Below are positions 40,452-49,288 of a stretch of DNA of 64,000 nucleotides, in pieces (positions within the stretch are counted from its first letter, which is position 1; every line of letters starts with the position of its first letter). Below the pieces are notes generated by a model. The model was not told where the DNA came from, did not search any database, and worked only from the letters and a program-made list of their open reading frames with translations. The stretch is from Microcoleus sp. (GTDB taxonomy: Bacteria > Cyanobacteriota > Cyanobacteriia > Cyanobacteriales > Microcoleaceae), in assembly GCA_052279835.1 (NCBI GenBank), contig CP181291.1, positions 1,920,001 through 1,984,000 of the forward strand. The letters run 5' to 3'. The position numbers were made by a program, and so were the translations under genes.

Positions 40452-43400
40452 TTACATAGCTTTAGTTTCCGGCATCAAACACTTATCAGAATCGCAGCCC
40501 GCTGGTCCAGAGTCCATCATTTCACCCAAGTCATAGCGACTGAGTGCAACCTCAAAAACATCTATTTGACGACGGACTAAAACGTCTTTCTGCATCGTCT
40601 CGTAAGTTTCCTTTTTTATCGGTTCAAAGGGTAAACGTGGGAAAGTCTCTAGGGCATCAAAGCGAGACAAAAGTGCGGCGGAAATGTAGCCTTCGTCATC
40701 GCGAATCGCTTCGTAAATCCGTGTTCCCAAACTTTCAATTTCATTTTCTCGCAACTCAATAGTCGCGCTGGTGTTGTGTCGCACGTAGAACTTTTGGACT
40801 TGCATATAAAAGTCCATCTGTGCTGCGGCTGAGAATTTGTTGATGTCAATTTCATCAGCACCGGGTAAATCTGCCCAACTGACAGCAACTGGTATTTCTA
40901 CTAGCCATTCTGTACAGCGTTCATCGAAGGGGTTGTTTAGCAAATTGCCGTTTTCATCTTTGTCAGATTGGGACGGAATTACGTTGTATCCGTAGTCGAT
41001 GCAGGCGAGGGCTACAGGGTCGTTTTTGCCGAAAGTGATGCGGCGAATGAAACGTTGGGCTTTGGGGGGATGCCAGCCTGGGGAAGCACCTGTCAGCAGC
41101 GATTTTGTTCCCGATGGTTGGACGGTGGTGCAGCGATTTGGGCGTTTTAATGAATGGCGATCGCAATAATCCCATACTACCCCATTCACAATTTCCCGCC
41201 AACCAGTCAAATACTCTTCTTCTCGTTGTTTAAACGCCATTCCCTGGTCAGTTTGCGGGCGGCCTTCCACCCACCAGCGCAACCACTCAACGCCAAAAGC
41301 ATGAACGAAGAAGTCGAATAATCCGGTGAAAGATACGCCGACAATCGGGTCTAATTCGCGGCTGTATTGATAGCGCGGTTCGCTAAATTTGTGATTGAGA
41401 AGTACGGCGACAGATAAACCTGCGGCGGTGAAAGCTTCTTCTTGTTCTTTGAAGTTGTAAGGGTCAATTTGATTGAGGTGAACCTCAGAAAGATTACAGT
41501 TTCCAGTTAGGGTATTGCCGAAAACTCCCTTATGAAACTCTGGTTCATTGAAACAGTAAGTATCATGCAATCCTGGTAATTCTTCGACACTTCTGACAAC
41601 TTGCCATTTACCTTTGCCTTTAGCCTTCGTCCCTTTGCTCACATCTAACCGCTGACAAGGAATTTCACCACAGTCAGTAATTTGCAAGTAATACAAATCC
41701 CGACTTCGGACGCCGTAATTAGTAACTGCTCCTTGATGAGCACAAAGATTTAGCGATGAGCGAATACCACATTTTGTCAAAAGTAGCTGAACTCTAAAAG
41801 CGCGATCGCGGTCAGAAATATAAATTCTGATACCATTACTATGGGTATTCGATCCGTCCGTATCGGCTAATCCAGCAATAAAATGTAAAATTGCTTGCCG
41901 ATTCCAGCTAGCAATTACATTTAGTGCTTCTGGGTTAACTTTCAAACTTTTCAGAAATTCTCCAGAAAAGCTCAAGTTAGTTACATCTGTAAAAACAGGT
42001 AAATAGTCATAGTTTCTTTCATGCGACTTATTTCCTGCTACTGACAATGCCATTTTGCCTTCGTAAAGTCGAACTTTTGCATTGTCATTTTTGTCTGTAG
42101 TTCCATCTCCTACAGCCACACCCAAAGTGTAAGCATAACTTGCATCGATATTCATGCCATCTTCATACTGAATTGTAAAAGGTTCAGTATGAATGCTATA
42201 TCGACTTGTATCCATCAAGTCTTTGGTTTGGACTTCTTGGTAAACTTTACCAAAGCGGTCTTTGACAAAGAAACGATGATATTCTGTGGCATCCAGATAA
42301 GTACCATCAGCAAACTTTACACGATAAAGTTTGCGTCGCCCAACCTTGGTATCGCTCGCTGTCTGAAATGGTGTGACAGAGCTCCATCTTTGACCATTCC
42401 AAATTTCTATTTCACTTCCAACAACGTCCTTTATTTTATGCAGTCCGTCTTTCGTAATTAACAGAGTCTCCCCACTGACACAGTGAAAATTAGAGCCGAT
42501 GATTTCCAGTTTTGTTATCCTAAAGGCTTTTTATCCTCTAGTTCTACAGATTCCATTTTACCTGTAGCTCGGCGTACTTTTTCATTTACTTTAGTTGTAA
42601 ATGCCCCGCACTCTTGCCAGGATTATGTTCTTCAATTAAGAAGGTTCACCTGGTACGCTCTACGGTGGTAAAGGATTTTTAATTCCCTTACTTACCTCGG
42701 AATTAACATCTCAGTTTTCTCCGATTTTGCGAGGTTTTTAACGTGAGGCAAAATTACTTACCACACGGGTTTAAGCCCAAACGGACTGACCGATGCTCTA
42801 ATTCTTCCGCAGTCATGTCAGGATAACGTTCCTGCAACCACTGTTTAGCTTTTCCTTCGTCGTAGGCTTTCAAGAACTCAATTTTAAGACTAGGTGTTGA
42901 AAGTAAATCAACGTTAGCTCTAGCTACAGCTTCACCAGCCCATTGAATCGCGCCTTCTCCGCTATAATACTGTTTGCGAACAGCATCAATACATTCTTCT
43001 AATGTCGGTTTGGCATGGAAAACACGGGTATGGTTTGCCATGCGAAGGGCATCGCGTTCTGGATCAATTTTCCAGTTGCCATTTTCATCTTGTTGCCACA
43101 GGTTATTTTTAGCATTGGCTCCCAGTTCGTCATCAAAAGCAAACTGACGAATTCCCGCGCTGCGCCTAATATTGCCAGCAACAATTGTCACCGCAGCTTC
43201 ATCAATCAACACGCAGCATTCAACTGAATTTAACTGCCGCCCTAAAGCTTTATTCAAAATAGCCGAGCAACGTTGATAAAGGTCAGGCAGTTTCACCGGA
43301 TTTGCGACTCCGCCAAAACCTTTTAAAGGCTCTCCCACCGGGCGAACGTCGCTCAAATCTATGTAAACTTGAACTTCGCCTGCAAATCTTTCATCTGTGG

Positions 43401-43998
43401 ATAATTCCAGTAAAGCTTGATAGGATTTTACCCAACCTTGGCGGGAGTCTCCGACATAAATTGTTGCTGTTTTTTCTGCTATTTTTACTTCGGTTGCTTG
43501 GCGACGCGACTGGGTGGGTGTAGAGCCGATTTCGCCTTGCATTGTCACGGTTAAGCGGTTGCTAATCGGTGGCAATTGGTTGATATATTTGGGTTCTAAA
43601 ACTGCACCGGTGCCGCAGCCCATCATCGCCAAATCCATCAATAAGCCAAAGGCCCGCCAGTCTAGAATATTGGTTGAGGAACAATTATAGGCGCCGGAAA
43701 AATTCTCTGGTTGCTCGATCCATTTGCTACCACCCACCCACAGCCAGCGCCCGGAAGCGAGGGTTTTGAGCTCGTTTTGCATCCGGTGTAGGAGTTGTGT
43801 TTCTTCGGAGGTGAGGTTTCCGAGCTTTTGGAGACCTTTGACGGTTCGATCGCACACATCGGCCCAAGTTTCCCTTCCCGTGTCGGTACGGCGGCTGTAC
43901 GTCCTGAAAAATACTGGATTGGCTGCGGGTGCTGTTTCGGGGAAATCGGACAGGTGGCGTTTCTCGCGGGCACTCGATCGCTCTAATTCTCGAACCAT
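40452..43998 (-). CDS. nrdJ: Adenosylcobalamin-dependent ribonucleoside-triphosphate reductase (class II). Exon 1 43998-42760, exon 2 42506-40452; precursor 1097 aa, 769 aa after intein removal
   Basis: FFRTYSR, GRWLW.GG, AYNC, GNIRRS, GLNPCG|EIIGSNFH-[intein]-CNLSEVHL, TTVQPSGT, C-terminal GCDSDKC; exons join in frame. Confidence 0.93.
41499..42482 (-). mobile_element. Intein with LAGLIDADG homing endonuclease (328 aa)
   Basis: N-terminus CVSGETLL, block B ATEYHRF, motifs LGVAVGDG and FIAGLADTDG, C-terminus TLTGN followed by Cys(+1) of CNLSE. Confidence 0.92.
42507..42759 (-). ncRNA. Group I self-splicing intron (253 nt, no ORF)
   Basis: Exon ends ...UGUGGU; IGS GCCUCACG pairs with exon CGUGUGGU (U.G at splice site); terminal G; P3 CCUCGC/GCGGGG, P4 UCGGA/UCCGA, P7 GaGCGUA/UACGCC, P8 CAUUUAC/GUAAAUG, P9 stems; removal restores NPCGEII. 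Confidence 0.88.
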
Positions 43999-44092
43999 AG
44001 GTTGTGTACTGACGTGTCGGAATATATCAACAGACTATGAATATACAACAGGATTCAGATTTAGAGTTAAAGCTTGACAAATTTCATATTTT

Positions 44093-44108
44093 GCACTATA
44101 TATGGTGG
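44093..44108. promoter_or_regulatory. Putative NrdR box upstream of nrdJ
   Basis: GCACTATATATGGTGG resembles consensus acaCwAtATaTwGtgt, ~95 bp upstream of the nrdJ start. Confidence 0.55.
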
Positions 44109-44206
44109 ACGATTCCATACCAGCAAACTGTGGCGATCGACTAAAAACTTCAGCAAAAAACCCGGTTTTTAGCAAAAACCGGGTTGACCATAAATCTGGT
44201 GCATTG

Positions 44207-44494
44207 TCAAGTGTTTGTCAATAAAAACTCAACATTTGGCAGTAGGGGGTCTTGAACAATTCCTACACCCTGAAATCCCCAACGTTCCAGCAGTTGTTTG
44301 ATGTCTTGACCAGAAATTGACTCGACCCCGAAGCGATTGGCAACATCGGCTGCATGATTGTTCAGGTAGCTCAAAGCGTCATAGTCTTCGCGGAAAATCA
44401 GCAGAAAATTCGCGACTGTATCAGGGTTGGGACAAGCGCTGAGATATTTGCCATCAGCACGGGAACGCAACAGGTAAAAAATTTGAGATAACAT
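44207..44494 (-). CDS. Conserved cyanobacterial hypothetical protein
   Basis: [37 protein letters not shown]. Confidence 0.7.
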   Translation of the reverse strand: MLSQIFYLLRSRADGKYLSACPNPDTVANFLLIFREDYDALSYLNNHAADVANRFGVESISGQDIKQLLERWGFQGVGIVQDPLLPNVEFLLTNT

Positions 44495-44530
44495 CTTATC
44501 TTTATTTGCGAAAATAATAGATTAACTCAA

Positions 44531-44634
44531 ATTGGGAATTGGGAATTGGGAATTGGGAGTTGGGAATTGGGAATTGGGAATTGGGAATTGGGAATTGGGA
44601 ATTGGGAATTGGGAATTGGGAATTGGGAATTGGG
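44531..44634. repeat. Heptamer tandem repeat (GGGAATT)n, about 14 copies (STRR-type)
   Basis: Directly visible. Confidence 0.92.
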
Positions 44635-44664
44635 CCCAAAAGCGAAGCTGAGGGATTGGGCATT

Positions 44665-44905
44665 CTCTTCCTTCCTCCTGAATTTCCCCCCTTGGGGGGG
44701 GCAGGGGGGGGTGACTTCTTCCTGATTCCTTCCTCCTGAATTTCCCCCCTTGGGGGGGGGCAGGGGGGGGTGACTTCTTCCTGATTCCTTCCTCCTGAAT
44801 TTCCCCCCTTGGGGGGGGGCAGGGGGGGGTGACTTCTTCCTGATTCCTTCCTCCTGAATTTCCCCCCTTGGGGGGGGGCAGGGGGGGGTGACTTCTTCCT
44901 TCTTC
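44665..44905. repeat. Tandem ~59-60-bp G/C-run repeat, 4 copies
   Basis: TTCCTCCTGAATTTCCCCCCTTGGGGGGGGCAGGGGGGGGTGACTTCTTCCTGATTCC repeated. Confidence 0.9.
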
Positions 44906-44911
44906 CCCAAT

Positions 44912-47074
44912 TTAAATCAAAGTTAGCGCCAAACCTTTCACTGGGCGGCCGTCGCCAATTTGACCGACAATGGAAGCTTGACCGGTCGTCAAATTAATAT
45001 TGTACAAGCTAGAAACTCCGCCCACATCGATCGCAGCCACAGCTTTCTCATTACCGCCGACACTCCTAATATCAAAGCCGAGGACATTAGAAGCGTTAAT
45101 TCCCAAAGATCCGATCGTATTTAACACTCCGTTATTCGGCGGATCTTGCCTCACCAAAACGTCTGAATTGCTGTCAATAACAAACAGCGTTGTCGAAGTT
45201 GCGCCCGCAAAGTTGTTCGTGTACGCAGCCCCCACACCTGCTGGAGAATTGCCAAAATTGCGATCGCCCGCCCGGTAAGCCAAATTCCCATCGAGTTGAA
45301 TTCCGCCCGTCAGCGTGTCAGCATCGACTATTGCGCCTGTATCCGGGTTGAGGCGGGCGTTTTGTCCGGCTTGATTGACAAACCGAATTCGATCGACTGT
45401 GGGATTGAAATCGAAACCCGCAGCCCCCGGAGTCAGCCCGACAGCAAACTGTCCTGTACCGACTTGACTTGCAGCCCCTGTCACCGGGTCGATCGCGTAC
45501 AATCGATTGCTAGAACCCAAACCGTAAAGCAAACCGTTAGCAGGGCGAAAATCTATTCCCACCAAACTTTCTCCACTCTGCAAACCGGTGATTGCGACAT
45601 CGCTGAGTAAAGTACGGGGTGCAGCCTCGTTAAAACCGACAATTCTGTCTCCACCATTGGTGGTAGTTAAGGCATAAGCTGTAGGCAAAGGCAAAGCCAA
45701 ACCGTTAATCTGTCTCCCGTCGGCAATTTGACTGACAAAGGAAGCTTGACCGGTACTTAAATTGATGTTGTACAAGCCAGAAACGCCGCCAACTTCTAGC
45801 GCCGCCACTGCAACATCGCGGCCGCCAAAACTTCTAATATCAAAGCCGAGAATGCTAGTTGCATCAACTCCCAAAGATCCGATCGTATTTAACACTCCAT
45901 TATTGGGCGGATCTTGTCTTACCAAAACGTCTGAATTGCTGTCGATTACAAACAGCGTTGTCGAAGTTGCGCCCGCAAAATTGTTAGTATATGCAGCAGC
46001 CGCCGCCCCTGGAGTTGACCCAAAATTGCGATCGCCCGCCCGGTAAGCCAAATTCCCGTCGAGTTGAATTCCGCCCGCCAGTGTGTCAGCATCGACTATT
46101 GCGCCTGTATCGGGGTTGAGGCGGGCGTTTTGACCGGCTTGATTGACCAACCGAAGGCGATCGACTGTGGGATTGAAATCCAAACCCGCAGCCCCCGGAG
46201 TCACCCCAACAGCAAATTGTCCTGTACCAACTTGACTTGCTTCTCCGGTTTTCGGATTAACAGTATACAAGCGATTGCTGCTACCTAAACCGTAAAGTAC
46301 GCCGTTAGCCGGTCGATAATCAATGGATAGCAAATTTTCTCCCTGCTGCAATCCAGTCACAGGTAAATCTGTGATGACACTTTGCGGGTTGGCAAGGCTA
46401 AAACCGACAATCCGATTAGCGGGAGTTAAAGCATAAGCTGTTGTCAGCCCTACGGGCAAAGGAGCGGGAACAATGGCGCTAATATTAGTAGTGAAGTCGC
46501 TTTGGTCGATCGCGTTTCGACTCACACCTTTGAGGGTAGCGAGAAATTCTCCAGTTACCCGGTCTTGAATAACAGTATCGTTTCCAGCTTCGATAATATT
46601 CAAGTCGCCAAAACTGAGTCCTCCCGCCAAACCGATTAAATCTGTACCGTTAGCAAAATCTGCGATCGCGTCAGCATTTCCCAAACTCACACCGCCGCTG
46701 GTACGGAAAGGATCGGCATTAGCATAGCGACTCAAAACAAATACATCAGCCCCATCTTGGCCTACCAAAACATCAGCATCTCGATCGCCAGACAACACAT
46801 CATTGCCAGAGTTACCAGAGATAGAATCGCTACCCTTTCCTCCAAATAAAAAGTCGCTATCTTCGCCGCCGTTAACAGTGTCGCTACCTAAATCCCCAAA
46901 GAGCGAATCTCTGCCGGAATTCCCATCAATTGAATCCCCTTCTTTGCCGCCAAAAATGCTGTCATTACCAGAATTTCCAGCGATCGCATCACTGCCCATC
47001 CTACCAAAAATCAAATCCTCTTCTGGAGTTCCTGCGAGTGTGTCTGCTTGTGCAGTACCTCTAATTTCTGCCAT
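44912..47074 (-). CDS. RTX Ca-binding repeat protein with two DUF4394 domains
   Basis: N-terminal GGxGxD repeats; duplicated IDxRPANGxLY...DFNPTVDR...AAYTN...QDPPNNG domain. Confidence 0.85.
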   Translation of the reverse strand: MAEIRGTAQADTLAGTPEEDLIFGRMGSDAIAGNSGNDSIFGGKEGDSIDGNSGRDSLFGDLGSDTVNGGEDSDFLFGGKGSDSISGNSGNDVLSGDRDADVLVGQDGADVFVLSRYANADPFRTSGGVSLGNADAIADFANGTDLIGLAGGLSFGDLNIIEAGNDTVIQDRVTGEFLATLKGVSRNAIDQSDFTTNISAIVPAPLPVGLTTAYALTPANRIVGFSLANPQSVITDLPVTGLQQGENLLSIDYRPANGVLYGLGSSNRLYTVNPKTGEASQVGTGQFAVGVTPGAAGLDFNPTVDRLRLVNQAGQNARLNPDTGAIVDADTLAGGIQLDGNLAYRAGDRNFGSTPGAAAAAYTNNFAGATSTTLFVIDSNSDVLVRQDPPNNGVLNTIGSLGVDATSILGFDIRSFGGRDVAVAALEVGGVSGLYNINLSTGQASFVSQIADGRQINGLALPLPTAYALTTTNGGDRIVGFNEAAPRTLLSDVAITGLQSGESLVGIDFRPANGLLYGLGSSNRLYAIDPVTGAASQVGTGQFAVGLTPGAAGFDFNPTVDRIRFVNQAGQNARLNPDTGAIVDADTLTGGIQLDGNLAYRAGDRNFGNSPAGVGAAYTNNFAGATSTTLFVIDSNSDVLVRQDPPNNGVLNTIGSLGINASNVLGFDIRSVGGNEKAVAAIDVGGVSSLYNINLTTGQASIVGQIGDGRPVKGLALTLI

Positions 47075-47222
47075 GATTCAATCCCCCTATAAGTTTGATA
47101 TTTCCGCCACCTTTAGGCAACGGGGTTTTCAGTACATATAGTAATACGCTAAATCTCTAATTTTGGATCTTTCTTTAGTTGAACAAAATCAATTTGATTT
47201 AATTGTTGAGGATTAAGACCCA

Positions 47223-47288
47223 AGAAACCGGGTTTTTGGCCGAATCTGCTCGACACAACGAAATATTCAAGGGAAAAACCCGGTTTCT
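47223..47288. repeat. Single copy of the AGAAACCGGGTTTTT/AAAAACCCGGTTTCT hairpin element
   Basis: Same terminal inverted repeat as the 100-bp arrays, different loop. Confidence 0.75.
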
Positions 47289-47312
47289 GACTACCCATGT
47301 CTAAGCCCTAAA

Positions 47313-47465
47313 TCTCTAGTCTCGAAAGGAAGCTGCTTCCTGATTAACATAAAGTCGTCCGAGAACATATTTAAACTATCAAAAAAAGTTTGCCAAGGAT
47401 TTTATTTGGAGATTAGGACAAGAAGATCTCCTGTTTTTTTGACATACACTTCATTCGCTGAAAAA
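47313..47465 (-). pseudogene. Degenerate partial copy of the vapB antitoxin gene
   Basis: Aligns by eye to 48752-48904; GAA>TAA nonsense change (TCC AAA TAA AAT CCT TGG); 5' part missing. Confidence 0.8.
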
Positions 47466-47525
47466 CCTATATACTTAAAATACCACAAATATCCAAGATA
47501 CTAAACACAACGAGTCAGTAAAGCT

Positions 47526-47942
47526 ATGTCTGCTAAAGATGCCTTTCACGAAGTCGTTAAAACTGCTCTCCAGAAAGATGGATGGCAGATTACTCACGAT
47601 CCATACACTTTACAGGCAGGAACTCTAGAACTTTACATCGACTTGGGTGCCGAAAAGGTAGTTGCGGCCGAAAAAGATGGACAAAAAATCGCCGTTGAAA
47701 TCAAAAGCTTTATTGGCCCATCCAAAATCTCCCAATTTTACACAGCTTTAGGGCAATTTATTAGTTATCGAGCAGCTTTACAAAAACAAGAAATTGACCG
47801 CGTTTTATACCTCGCAGTACCTAGCAATGTCTACGATAGCTTTTTCACAATGGGGTTTATTCAGTCTTTAGTTCAACAGAATCAAATTCATTTAATCGTT
47901 TATGATATAGAACAGGAGGCGATTGCACAATGGCAAATGTAG
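47526..47942 (+). CDS. xisH: XisH family protein (PD-(D/E)XK fold)
   Basis: MSAKD.FH..VK.ALQKDGW.ITHDP, IDLGAEK, IAVEIKSF, ALGQF..YR. Confidence 0.93.
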   Translation: MSAKDAFHEVVKTALQKDGWQITHDPYTLQAGTLELYIDLGAEKVVAAEKDGQKIAVEIKSFIGPSKISQFYTALGQFISYRAALQKQEIDRVLYLAVPSNVYDSFFTMGFIQSLVQQNQIHLIVYDIEQEAIAQWQM

Positions 47943-48262
47943 AGCTTTATCGGCAACATATCCAAAATCTGCTCTCCCAACACGCTAGTCTGGTGTGGGA
48001 TGAGCGGATTCAGGCTCAAACTATCTTTGATATCGATCGCGACCATTATCAATTAGTATATGTGGGCTGGCGCAATCAGCAGCGAATTTATGGCCCGGTT
48101 TTGCACCTAGATATTATGGACAATAAAATCTGGATTCAGCAGGATGGTACCGAGGTGGGTATTGCTAACGAACTGGTTGAATTGGGAGTTCCCAAAGAAG
48201 ATATTGTACTTGGGTTTGACCCGCCGATTATGCGAAAATTGAGTGAATTTGCGATCGGATAA
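47930..48262 (+). CDS. xisI: XisI family protein
   Basis: D..RDHYQL..VGW, HLDI...KIWIQ.DGTE.GIA.ELV..GVPKEDIVLGF. Confidence 0.93.
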   Translation: MANVELYRQHIQNLLSQHASLVWDERIQAQTIFDIDRDHYQLVYVGWRNQQRIYGPVLHLDIMDNKIWIQQDGTEVGIANELVELGVPKEDIVLGFDPPIMRKLSEFAIG

Positions 48263-48340
48263 ATTTTAGGTTTTTTTCTATTTAATTATCGCCCGAATGC
48301 TTCTCCCTTGTGGTTTGCGCCGCAACGCAAAATGCGATCG

Positions 48341-48742
48341 TTAATCAACCCAATTTTCTAAGGTTAATCCTGGGATACGCGACAATTCTCTCACATTATT
48401 CGTCACGAGTGTCAGCCCCAAACTGATTGCTTGGGATGCTATCAGCAAATCCATTGGGCCTACGACAATACCTTGACGTTCTAATCCTGCTCTAATTTGT
48501 CCATAAGTTTGGGTGCTTCTTTCATCAAAAGGAACTACTGGTAAGGTTATTAAAAACTGAATGAGTGCAGCCCGATTTTGCTCTTGACGCTGACTTTTGT
48601 AAACTCCATACTCAAGTTCGGCGATAGTAACAGATGAAATGCCAATATCAAAAATTTCAAGGGTTTGGAATTTCTCGAATACTTTTTGTGGTTTGCGCTT
48701 GATGATGTATATGCAGATATTAGTATCTAGTAAAAATCTCAT
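48341..48742 (-). CDS. vapC: VapC PIN-domain toxin
   Basis: FLLDTNICIY, ELEYG, DLLIA, LVTNN.RE, LENW. Confidence 0.92.
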   Translation of the reverse strand: MRFLLDTNICIYIIKRKPQKVFEKFQTLEIFDIGISSVTIAELEYGVYKSQRQEQNRAALIQFLITLPVVPFDERSTQTYGQIRAGLERQGIVVGPMDLLIASQAISLGLTLVTNNVRELSRIPGLTLENWVD

Positions 48743-48969
48743 TCAAAAGCCTCTCTCGTCTCCAAAGGAAGCTGCTCTCTGACTAGCATAAAGTCGTCCG
48801 AGAACATATTCAAACTATCAAAAAAAGTTTTCCAAGGATTTTCTTTGGAGATTAGGACAAGAACATCTCCTATTTTTTTGACATACACTTCATTTCCTGC
48901 AAAATGAAATTCTTTAGGTAATATGACTGTCTGATAGTCATCAGCGAGCGATAATTTAGCCGTATTCAT
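48739..48969 (-). CDS. vapB: VapB (AbrB/VagC-type) antitoxin
   Basis: MNTAKL...Q.V.LPKEF.F...EVYVKK.G, FSDDFM; overlaps the vapC start. Confidence 0.88.
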   Translation of the reverse strand: MNTAKLSLADDYQTVILPKEFHFAGNEVYVKKIGDVLVLISKENPWKTFFDSLNMFSDDFMLVREQLPLETREAFE

Positions 48970-49130
48970 TGTTTTGCCTCCAGAGTGATTTAAATTATAC
49001 TTTAAATTGACTCTCCGCTTGTTCCAACTATATTGTAGCAGAGGAGAGTAGGTTTAGATTCGTTTCAGGTTTTTTCTATTTGATTGTCGCATGAATGCGA
49101 TGATGTAGATGCAGATCAAGGGTAAACCCA

Positions 49131-49255
49131 CAGTCCGGCAAGGGTTGAAACCGAGCCTCACAAAGCGAAAGTCCTCTTTAGAGGACTAATTAATTCTTTA
49201 GTCCTCTTCAGAGGACTTTCGCTATTAGACAGGGAATTGATTCCCTGTCGGACTG
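49131..49255. repeat. Palindromic MITE-like element
   Basis: CAGTCCG...GCGAAAGTCCTC..GAGGACT..AGTCCTC..GAGGACTTTCGC...CGGACTG nested inverted repeats. Confidence 0.6.
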
Positions 49256-49288
49256 TCGGACTTAGTGGAGTGACAGCCTTGGTGATGA

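Noticed and set aside
42507..42759. Group II intron or cobalamin riboswitch
   Set aside because: No GUGYG 5' end or AY 3' end and too short for group II; it lies inside the CDS and fits group I P1/P3/P7 and the terminal G
40452..43998. nrdJ as a frameshifted pseudogene or a naturally split two-subunit enzyme
   Set aside because: Removing a structured 253-nt insert restores the frame and the catalytic motif exactly
47526..48262. fdxN excision element
   Set aside because: No XisF recombinase or fdxN; stand-alone xisHI pairs are common in cyanobacteria
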